DNA of 59,402 nt from NCBI GenBank assembly GCA_045807245.1, contig JBJMHS010000040.1, forward strand, positions 1-59,402, read 5' to 3'. The DNA is from Actinomycetales bacterium. Lineage in GTDB: Bacteria; Actinomycetota; Actinomycetes; Actinomycetales; CAVURS01. This document shows positions 48,112 to 55,919 of this stretch, one piece after another. The stretch's first letter is position 1; every line of letters starts with the position of its first letter. Under the pieces are notes generated by a model. It did no database searches. It saw only the letters and a list, made by a program, of their open reading frames with translations, and had not been told where the DNA came from. A program made the translations under genes and the position numbers.

Positions 48112-49191
48112 ATGGAGCTTCCGGTCCAGCCGCCCGTCCAGCCCATGCTCGCGAAGGCGGTCCCGGAGATACCCGAGGGCGCATCGTACGAGCCGAAGTG
48201 GGACGGCTTCCGTTCCGTGGTGTTCCGCGACGGCGACGAGGTGGAGATCGGCTCGCGCAACGAGCGGCCGATGACCCGCTACTTCCCCGAGCTGGTCGAG
48301 GCGTTCAAGCGCGAGCTGCCGGACCGGTGCGTCGTCGACGGAGAGATCGTGGTGCCGCTCAACGGCCGGCTCGAGTTCGAGGCCCTGCAGCAGCGCATCC
48401 ATCCCGCCGAGTCGCGGGTGCGGCGGCTCGCCGCCGAGACGCCCGCGTCCTATGTCGCGTTCGACCTGCTGGCGGTCGGTGACGAAAACCTCATGGGGCG
48501 CCCGTTCGCCGAGCGTCGCGCGCGGCTGGAGCAGGAGCTCAGCGCCGTCAAGGCGCCCGTGCACGTGACCCCGGCGACCACCTCCCGGGAGACGGCGGAG
48601 CAGTGGTTCCGGATCTTCGAGGGCGCCGGGCTGGACGGGGTGGTCGCCAAGCCACTGGGTGGCACCTACCAACCGGACAAGCGCGTGATGTTCAAGATCA
48701 AGCACGCGCGGACCGCCGACTGTGTCGTGGCTGGCTACCGCGTGCACAAGAGCGGCCCGGACGTGATCGGGTCGCTGATGCTCGGCCTGTACACCGACGA
48801 CGGGTCGCTTGCCTCGGTCGGCGTGATCGGCGCCTTTCCGATGGCCAAGCGGCGCGAGCTGTTCGAGGAGATGCAGAAGTACGTCACGACCTTCGCGGGC
48901 CACCCCTGGAACTGGGAGGGCATGGTGGAGCCCGACCCGACGACGGCACGCAACCCGCGGGCGTCGGAGACGTCGCGCTGGAACGCCGGCAAGGACCTGT
49001 CGTTCGTCCCCCTGCGGCCCGAGCTCGTGGTGGAGGTGCGGTACGACCAGATGGAGGGCGCGCGCTTCCGGCACACCGCCCAGTTCAACCGGTGGCGTCC
49101 GGACCGCACGCCGGAGTCCTGCACCTTCGACCAGCTGGAGCGGCCGGTGACCTTCGCGTTGGAGGACATCGTCCCGGGGCTGGGCTCGTGA
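48112..49191 (+). CDS. ligC: ATP-dependent DNA ligase LigC
   Basis: EPKWDGFR, VDGEIV, AFDLL, GLDGVVAK, KIKH.RTADCVV and RWRPDR; minimal size with no polymerase or nuclease domain. Confidence 0.93.
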   Translation: MELPVQPPVQPMLAKAVPEIPEGASYEPKWDGFRSVVFRDGDEVEIGSRNERPMTRYFPELVEAFKRELPDRCVVDGEIVVPLNGRLEFEALQQRIHPAESRVRRLAAETPASYVAFDLLAVGDENLMGRPFAERRARLEQELSAVKAPVHVTPATTSRETAEQWFRIFEGAGLDGVVAKPLGGTYQPDKRVMFKIKHARTADCVVAGYRVHKSGPDVIGSLMLGLYTDDGSLASVGVIGAFPMAKRRELFEEMQKYVTTFAGHPWNWEGMVEPDPTTARNPRASETSRWNAGKDLSFVPLRPELVVEVRYDQMEGARFRHTAQFNRWRPDRTPESCTFDQLERPVTFALEDIVPGLGS

Positions 49192-50402
49192 CCGTGAGCC
49201 AGGAACGCTCGCGACGGCGACGGGCTGCGTCGTACGCCGCCGTGGTCGGAGGTGGGCTGGTCGGTCTGGCCGCGGTGTCGGCGACAGGGCTCGCGACGTA
49301 CTTCACAAGACGGGTCGTGACACCGCTGGTGGTCAAGCCGGACGACCTGGAGATCTACGACGTGGGTCCGGACCGGGTGGTCCTCAGCTCGACGCCGGAC
49401 ACGCGCGTGCCCGGGCGCTACGGGCTGTGGCTGGACGGTGGCCGCGGGCATGCCCGGATCGGGGCGATCATCGGCGACGACGGGGCGACCGTCACGCGCG
49501 AGCTCGAGCGGGTGGACTACGGCGAGCTGACACCGGGTCCGGCGCGGTTCAACCAGTACTACGTGGCCGGTGACCCCACCGTCGCGTGGGACATCGCCCA
49601 CGAGGACGTGCTGGTGCCGTCCGAGGTCGGCGACCTCCCGACCTGGCTGGTGCGGCCCGGGAGCGGCACGCCGTACTCGGACGTCTGGGCGGTGCTCGTC
49701 CACGGGCGAGGGGCGACGCGCGAGGAATGCCTGCGGGCCGTCCCGGTGCTGCACCGGCTGGGGATGGGGATGCTGGTTCCGGCGTACCGCAACGACCGCG
49801 ACGCTCCGGACGGGCAGGTCGGGCGGTACCACTTCGGCGGGATCGAGTGGCGGGACATCGAGTCGGCCGTCGTGTGGGCGATCAACAACGGCGCCCGGCG
49901 CATCGTGCTGTTCGGCTGGTCGATGGGTGGCGCGATCACCCTCCAGCTGGTCTCTCGGTCGTGGGTCGCCGACCGCGTCGATGCCGTTGTCCTGGACGCA
50001 CCGGTCGTCGACTGGGGGGACGTGCTCGCACACACCGCGCGCGTCAACCGGGTTCCTTCGCCGGTCGGGCGGATCAGCCACGGGATGGTCCGTAACCCGT
50101 TGTTGCGCAAGGTTGTCGGCCTGGGGGAGCCGGTCGACCTACGCACGTTGAACTGGGTACGTCGGGCGCGTGAGCTCTCCGTCCCAATCCTGCTCGTGCA
50201 CAGCGAGGCCGACGAGGTCGTGCCCGTGGGGCCTTCGCGCGCCTTGGCCGCAGCACGTCCCGACGTGGTGACGTTCGCGCCGTGGTCGACGGCCCGGCAT
50301 ACCAAGGAGTGGAACGTCGACCCCGAGGTCTGGGACGGCGTCGTCGAGTCGTTCCTCGTCCGGCACCTTCAGACGGTTGACGGGGTGAAGGGGCGGCCGT
50401 GA
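49188..50402 (+). CDS. Alpha/beta hydrolase with N-terminal membrane anchor
   Basis: VHGRG, GWSMG nucleophile, HSEADEVVP and HTKEWN; GTGA overlap with ligC. Confidence 0.88.
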   Translation: MTVSQERSRRRRAASYAAVVGGGLVGLAAVSATGLATYFTRRVVTPLVVKPDDLEIYDVGPDRVVLSSTPDTRVPGRYGLWLDGGRGHARIGAIIGDDGATVTRELERVDYGELTPGPARFNQYYVAGDPTVAWDIAHEDVLVPSEVGDLPTWLVRPGSGTPYSDVWAVLVHGRGATREECLRAVPVLHRLGMGMLVPAYRNDRDAPDGQVGRYHFGGIEWRDIESAVVWAINNGARRIVLFGWSMGGAITLQLVSRSWVADRVDAVVLDAPVVDWGDVLAHTARVNRVPSPVGRISHGMVRNPLLRKVVGLGEPVDLRTLNWVRRARELSVPILLVHSEADEVVPVGPSRALAAARPDVVTFAPWSTARHTKEWNVDPEVWDGVVESFLVRHLQTVDGVKGRP

Positions 50403-50691
50403 GGCTCGAGCTGGAGTTCACCGGTGAGGTCATCCACTGGAGAGGACCGAGCCCCTGGTACTTCGTCGTCGTACCGGAGGAGGAGTGTGCCGAGCTCGCC
50501 GCAGCCGCTCCGCTGGTGACCTACGGGTGGGAGTGATCCCGGCCGCCGTGCGGTTGGGTGCGACCGAGTGGACGACCTCCCTGTTCCCGAAGGACGGCGG
50601 CTACCTGGTGCCGTTGAAGGCGTGGGTACGCCGGGCCGAGCGGCTCGACGAGGGCGAGACGGTGCGGATGCACCTCGCCGTACCGGCGTGA
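50399..50691 (+). pseudogene. DUF1905 family gene with a 1-bp frameshift (pseudogene or sequencing error)
   Basis: First frame: VRLELEFTGEVIHWRGPSPWYFV...VTYGWE then stop at 50534-50536. The continuation GVIPAAVRLGATEWTTSLFPKDGGYLVPLK is in another frame. Confidence 0.8.
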
Positions 50692-50710
50692 GCTGCGGCA
50701 TGCTTCGGCG

Positions 50711-51103
50711 GTGACCGATCGAAACGTTGTCGGCGGCGAGCTGGAGCCCTGCGGCACCGATCCGGTGACCGGTTTCTATCGTGACGGTTGTTGTACGACG
50801 GGACCCGAAGACCTGGGCAGTCACACGATCTGCGCGGTCCTCACGGCCGAGTTCCTGGCCCATCAGAGGGGCATCGGCAACGACCTGGTGACCCCGATGC
50901 CGCAGTACGGTTTCCCCGGGCTGTCTCCCGGCGACCGCTGGTGTGTGACGGCCCTCAACTGGGCCCGCGCCTACAACGACGGTGTTGCGGCGCCGGTCGT
51001 GCTCGCCTCGACGAATGCCGCGGTGCTGGCCATCGTCCCGCTCCACGCGCTGCAGGCCCACGCCGTCGACATCCCCGACGACCCGAGCTCGCTGGAGTCC
51101 TAG
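50711..51103 (+). CDS. DUF2237 family protein
   Basis: PCGTDPVTGFYRDGCC, GNDLVTP and PGDRWCV. Confidence 0.92.
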   Translation: MTDRNVVGGELEPCGTDPVTGFYRDGCCTTGPEDLGSHTICAVLTAEFLAHQRGIGNDLVTPMPQYGFPGLSPGDRWCVTALNWARAYNDGVAAPVVLASTNAAVLAIVPLHALQAHAVDIPDDPSSLES

Positions 51104-51104
51104 A

Positions 51105-51542
51105 GTGCGCCTCGAGCCGATGTACCGCCTCACCTTCCGCTACCCGGAGGAGTGGGGAGTCGATCTGGACGGCGATGCGTCTGCCGCAGGCGCGTTCTTC
51201 TTCATCGCCGAGGGGCGCTGCGAGGGCACGGTCGCCGGTCGGTTCCGGGCCGCAAACCATCCGCTACGCCGGCCCGACGGCACGTTCTGTCCCGACCTGC
51301 ATGGCGTCATCGAGACCGAAGACGGCGCCACGATCGTCTTGGACATGCACGGCTACGGCCGCGCCTACCCCGTCGGCGCGCGGCAGGTCGTCGTGGCCCT
51401 GACCCATGTCGCCGACGATCCGCGATACCGCCACCTGAACGACAGCCTGGCTGTGGGCTGCGGCGAAGTCCGCCACCTGTCCGAGGACCAGACCGACCTG
51501 GTCATCGAGGTGCAAGAACTCATCTGGGAGCCGATCGACTGA
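51105..51542 (+). CDS. DUF3237-like beta-barrel protein
   Basis: RRPDG, IETEDGATI, DPRYRHLND. ATG 51120 is an alternative start. Confidence 0.7.
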   Translation: MRLEPMYRLTFRYPEEWGVDLDGDASAAGAFFFIAEGRCEGTVAGRFRAANHPLRRPDGTFCPDLHGVIETEDGATIVLDMHGYGRAYPVGARQVVVALTHVADDPRYRHLNDSLAVGCGEVRHLSEDQTDLVIEVQELIWEPID

Positions 51543-51563
51543 CCGAGCCGACCCGTTGTGGGG

Positions 51564-53048
51564 CTAGCCGGTATCTCGGAGGTGGGGGTTGCGGGTGAGC
51601 CAGCGGGTGGCGAGCTGGCGCAGGGCGGTTTCGATCTGTCGGAGGTGGTCGTTGGGTTCGGCCGGTGGCGCGCCGGGTCGGGGCGGATGCCAGGCGACGT
51701 GTCCGTCGACCAGCGCGCCGGTCCAGCCGGTGGCGTGCACGTGGCGGTGGTGCCGTCCGCACAGCAACGTGCCGTTGGCCTCCGAGGTCGCCCCGCCGGG
51801 TCGGCCGTCTCGCCCGAAGGCGACCAAATGATGCGCGTGACACCAGGCCGGTGGCGCTTGGCAGTTGGGGAAGGTGCGGTGCCGGTCGCGGATCTCGATG
51901 GCCCGCCGGATCTTAGGCGGGAACCGGTACACCGAATCGCCGACATCCAGCGGGCGCCCGTCGCCGTCCAACACCGCCGGGACCAGCTCGGCGTCACAGA
52001 ACAGGGTCTGGGCTTCGAGTGGTGAGATCTCCCAGCCGCCGGGCTCACCGGTCTCGACTACGGCCATCGGTGCCCCGGCCTGGCCATGCTTGCGGGTCGG
52101 ATCGACCAGCAGTGTCTGCACATCGGCGGTCACGATCATCCGCACCGGCGACCCGTGCCGGGACGGCAACCCACCCGGCAGGCCGGCCCGTTGGGCCAGC
52201 GACAGCTCGGCTAACCCGGTCAACGCGTCGGCCATCCGTTGGCCGCGGCTGCGCGGATCCACCTCCCCGTCGGCGGCCGGGCAGGGCTGGGCCAGGCCGT
52301 CCAGCGCGGTCGCAAGGACGGCGCCGTCCTTGGCCGGCAGCGTGGCGGTCAGCCACCACATCCCACTGGACTCCTGGGAAAGGGTGGCTTGGCGTAGGTG
52401 CTGTTGGGCGTCCTCATCCCTCGCCAGGCGGTCGGCCGCGTCCGGGTCGAGCCGGTGCCGCAACGCCACCCCAACCTTGGCCAATTGCCGGGCATCCAGG
52501 CGGGCCGCCTCACCCAGCATCAACTGCTGGGCCTCATCCCAGGTGGTCGGGTCCACATCGGGGATCTGGTCCAGGGCGCACATGGTGCGGGTGATCGCCG
52601 CCGTCTGGCCGACCCCGATGTCCCCGCCGGTGAACGCGTCCTTGGTGGGGGCCAGGTCCGGGCGGGCCAGCTCCTCCGCGAGCTGGGCCCGCTGGGCCGC
52701 CGCCTGGGGTGTCAACGGCACCAACCCGCGCAGCCAGGCCCCGCCCGACTTGTAGCCCGAGCCGACCAGGACGCCCCGCTTGACCGCCTCACCGACAGCC
52801 GCGACCTGGGCGGCGACCACCTGGTTCTCCACCCGGAACAGCAGCTGGACCCGCTCGATCAGGTCCGGCTCGGCGTACTGCCACAACGGCGCATCCCCGA
52901 GCGCTTCCAACACCACCGGCAACGCCGCCATCGCCTGCTGCGGGCTCAACGAACCCCGCCCGATGGGCGACTCCGGCAATCCCAGCGACTCCGCCTCACC
53001 CTCATCACCGTCACCGTCACGGAAGAACGACGCACCCCTACGATCCAT
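51564..53048 (-). CDS. DUF222 plus HNH endonuclease protein (REP13E12-like)
   Basis: DPRSRGQRMADAL, LFCDA, PLDVG, RRAIEIRDR, WCHAHH and NGTLLCGRHHRHVH; codon usage differs from neighbours. Confidence 0.9.
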   Translation of the reverse strand: MDRRGASFFRDGDGDEGEAESLGLPESPIGRGSLSPQQAMAALPVVLEALGDAPLWQYAEPDLIERVQLLFRVENQVVAAQVAAVGEAVKRGVLVGSGYKSGGAWLRGLVPLTPQAAAQRAQLAEELARPDLAPTKDAFTGGDIGVGQTAAITRTMCALDQIPDVDPTTWDEAQQLMLGEAARLDARQLAKVGVALRHRLDPDAADRLARDEDAQQHLRQATLSQESSGMWWLTATLPAKDGAVLATALDGLAQPCPAADGEVDPRSRGQRMADALTGLAELSLAQRAGLPGGLPSRHGSPVRMIVTADVQTLLVDPTRKHGQAGAPMAVVETGEPGGWEISPLEAQTLFCDAELVPAVLDGDGRPLDVGDSVYRFPPKIRRAIEIRDRHRTFPNCQAPPAWCHAHHLVAFGRDGRPGGATSEANGTLLCGRHHRHVHATGWTGALVDGHVAWHPPRPGAPPAEPNDHLRQIETALRQLATRWLTRNPHLRDTG

Positions 53049-53054
53049 GACTCG

Positions 53055-53076
53055 AACGTAACCGGCACCACCGACA
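53055..53076 (-). promoter_or_regulatory. PafBC-dependent (RecA-NDp) promoter TGTCGG-N10-TACGTT, leaderless
   Basis: Plus strand CCGACA at 53071-53076 and AACGTA at 53055-53060; ATG begins 6 nt after the -10. Confidence 0.8.
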
Positions 53077-53182
53077 ATTCAGACACCTGTCCACAGGGTC
53101 AACGGTCACAACCCCGTAACGGTCGACGGCGGAAAGTGCTGCGGGGCAATCGATTTCCTGAGACGCGAGTGATGCGCTCCGC

Positions 53183-54940
53183 TCAGCCGACCCGCACGAT
53201 GGCCACCGACTGGGGCTCGACCGCCACGGACTGACCGTGCGCCGTACAGAGGTCCCACGACGCCAACACCTCGGTGACCGGGCCACCCAGCGGAACCTCA
53301 CGTCGTACCGACGCGACGTTGACCACTACCCGATGACTGCCGCGCACGAGCACGAACCAGCCGGCGTCCGCGTCGTACGCCGCCTCAATTCGGCAAAGGT
53401 TGTCATCCAACAACTCAGGACTATTGCGCCGCAACGCAACAAGTGCGCGGTACCACTCAAGCATCCGCGCATGCTCCGGTGCGGCCACCTCGGACCAGTC
53501 GAGAACCGATGCCGCCCGGGTTGAGGCCGACTGCGGGTCCGGAACCTCCCCCGGGTCCCACCCGTGCTCGGCAAACTCCTCGCGCCGGCCCGCGCGCACC
53601 GCGCGAGCCAGCTCTGGCTCCTCGAAGTCCGTGAAGTACTGCCACGGCGTCGACGCCCCCCACTCCTCGCCCATGAACACCATCGGCGTGAAGGCGCTGC
53701 ACATGACCAGCGCAGCGCCCGCTGCCTGAAGGCCAGGTGCGAGCGCCGGGGACAGCCGGTCACCCTGTGCCCGGTTGCCCACCTGGTCATGGTTCTGCAG
53801 ATAGGCCACGAACTGGTGCCCGCGGTGCCGCACCGGGTCAACCGGACGCCCCCACTCGGCATTGCGGAAGGTGGACCAGCCGCCGTCGTGCAGGAAGACC
53901 CGCGTCAGCACCTTCGCCAGGGCCTCGAACGAGCCGAAGTCGACGTAGTACCCCTGCCGCTCTCCGGTGAGCAGGGCGTGCAGTGCGTGATGCACGTCGT
54001 CGTCCCACTGCGCCGTGAGGCCCAGCCCTCCCTCTCGCGTCGGCTCGACCATCCGCGCGTCGTTGAGATCCGACTCGGCCACCAGCGCGAGCGGCCGGCC
54101 GAGCGAGGCCGACAAGGCGGCGGTGGCATCGGACAGCTCGGCCAGGAAAGGCCGCGACGAGCGGTCGTGCATCTCATGCACCGCATCGAGCCGCAGTGCG
54201 TCGACGTGGAAGTCGCGGAACCACCTGATCGCCCGGTCCAGGATCCAGCGCCGCACCGGCTCGCTGCCAGGCCCGTCGAGGTTGAGCGCCGCACCCCAGG
54301 GAGTCTCGGTGCGGTCGGTGAAGTACGGACCGAACGACGACAGGTAGTTGCCGCTCGGACCGAGGTGGTTCTCGACGACGTCGAGGCAGACCCCGAGACC
54401 CAGCCGGTGAGCGGCGGCGACGAACCGCTGCAACGCCTCGGGGCCGCCGTACGGCGCATGGACCGCACCGGGATGCGCACCGTCGTACCCCCAGCCCCAC
54501 CGCCCGGGGAACGCACCGAGGGGCATGACCTCGACGACATCGACCCCTAGGGCGACGAGATGCGGCAGCCGCTCGACGGCGGCGTCCAGCGTGCCGTCGC
54601 TCGTGAACGTACCGACATGGAGCTCGTAGAAGATAGCGCCCGGCGCCCCTTCGCCCTGGCGTGGGCCCGGCCACTGCCCGTCGTCCCAGTCGAACGCCGA
54701 CGGCTCGAAGACTCGGCTCGGTCCGTGGACACCGTGCGGCTGCCACAGGCTGCGCGGGTCCGGGAGCGGGTCCCCTCCGTCGAGCGAGTACGCGTAGTCG
54801 GTGCCCGGTCCGGCGGCGTCCGCCACGCGGGACCACCAACCGTCGCCATCTGCATGCATCGGCACCGAGACCTCTCCGTCCCCGCCGAGCACCAGATCCA
54901 CTCGCTGAGCCAACGGCGCCCAGAGCTCGAAGCGATGCAT
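53183..54940 (-). CDS. treZ: Malto-oligosyltrehalose trehalohydrolase
   Basis: FELWAP, YELHVGTF, WGYDG, LRLDAVH, QNHDQVGNR and FMGEEWG. Confidence 0.95.
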   Translation of the reverse strand: MHRFELWAPLAQRVDLVLGGDGEVSVPMHADGDGWWSRVADAAGPGTDYAYSLDGGDPLPDPRSLWQPHGVHGPSRVFEPSAFDWDDGQWPGPRQGEGAPGAIFYELHVGTFTSDGTLDAAVERLPHLVALGVDVVEVMPLGAFPGRWGWGYDGAHPGAVHAPYGGPEALQRFVAAAHRLGLGVCLDVVENHLGPSGNYLSSFGPYFTDRTETPWGAALNLDGPGSEPVRRWILDRAIRWFRDFHVDALRLDAVHEMHDRSSRPFLAELSDATAALSASLGRPLALVAESDLNDARMVEPTREGGLGLTAQWDDDVHHALHALLTGERQGYYVDFGSFEALAKVLTRVFLHDGGWSTFRNAEWGRPVDPVRHRGHQFVAYLQNHDQVGNRAQGDRLSPALAPGLQAAGAALVMCSAFTPMVFMGEEWGASTPWQYFTDFEEPELARAVRAGRREEFAEHGWDPGEVPDPQSASTRAASVLDWSEVAAPEHARMLEWYRALVALRRNSPELLDDNLCRIEAAYDADAGWFVLVRGSHRVVVNVASVRREVPLGGPVTEVLASWDLCTAHGQSVAVEPQSVAIVRVG

Positions 54941-55015
54941 CCGACGAGCCAACCAAGTCGGCGACGGCATCGCCACCCGCGAAGCGTCCGTTGCCTACCT
55001 GCGATGATCCGCGCC

Positions 55016-55885
55016 ATGGCTGAAGGAAGGGCAAAGGGCTCGAAGAGGCCGGCCCCCACGCTGTCCGAGCTGTTACGCGCCGGCCCGGACTTCGACCTCA
55101 TGGAGGCCGGCACCGGCGCAACGCCAGGCTTCTCCGGCGGCAAGAAGGCCGCTGAGCGGGCCCTGGCCGACGGCGTACCGCGGCTGTCCGATCTGCAGGA
55201 GCGGTTGGCCGCCGCGGCCAAGGGTGGCGGCAACCGGTCGGTCCTGCTCGTCGTCCAGGGCATGGACACGGCGGGGAAGGGCGGCATCATGCGGCACGTG
55301 GTCGGAGCTTGCGACCCCGAGGGTCTGCGGATCACTGCCTTCAAGGCTCCGACGCCCGAAGAGCGCGCGCACGACTTCCTGTGGCGGATCCGTGCGGCTC
55401 TGCCTCCGGCCGGCAAGATCGGGGTGTTCGACCGGTCTCACTACGAGGACGTCCTCGTTGTCCGCGTGCACAACCTCGCGCCACGGGCGACGTGGAGCCG
55501 CCGTTACGCGACGATCAACCGGTTCGAGCAGCGCCTGGTCGACTCCGGTACGGCGATCGTCAAGGTGATGCTGCACATCTCGGCGCAGGAGCAGAAGCAG
55601 AGGCTGATGGCGCGGCTCGACCGTCCGGACAAGTGGTGGAAGTACAACCCCCGCGACGTCGACGAACGTGGCTTCTGGCCCGACTACCAGGAGGCCTACC
55701 AGGCGGCCATCACCAGGTGCTCAACGGAGGCCGCCCCGTGGCACGTGGTGCCGGCCGACCACAAGTGGTACGCCCGCTGGGCGGTGCAGCAGCTGGTGCT
55801 CGACACGCTCGACCAGATCGACCCGCAATGGCCGCCCGCGTCCTTCGACGTCAAGGTCGAGAGGAAGCGGCTGGCCAAGACCTGA
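55016..55885 (+). CDS. ppk2: Polyphosphate kinase 2 family protein (probably class III)
   Basis: QGMDTAGKGG Walker A, HDFLWR, FDRSHYEDV and PADHKWYAR. Confidence 0.92.
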   Translation: MAEGRAKGSKRPAPTLSELLRAGPDFDLMEAGTGATPGFSGGKKAAERALADGVPRLSDLQERLAAAAKGGGNRSVLLVVQGMDTAGKGGIMRHVVGACDPEGLRITAFKAPTPEERAHDFLWRIRAALPPAGKIGVFDRSHYEDVLVVRVHNLAPRATWSRRYATINRFEQRLVDSGTAIVKVMLHISAQEQKQRLMARLDRPDKWWKYNPRDVDERGFWPDYQEAYQAAITRCSTEAAPWHVVPADHKWYARWAVQQLVLDTLDQIDPQWPPASFDVKVERKRLAKT

Positions 55886-55919
55886 CCCCCAGGTCTGCGG
55901 ATCTCCTTGCCCGAGAACG

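Noticed and set aside
51543..53182. Terminal inverted repeats, target-site duplication or a clean strand-skew switch around the DUF222 gene
   Set aside because: No matching ends found by eye. The skew differs between the gene ends but is mixed in the middle, so I did not call it a mobile element.
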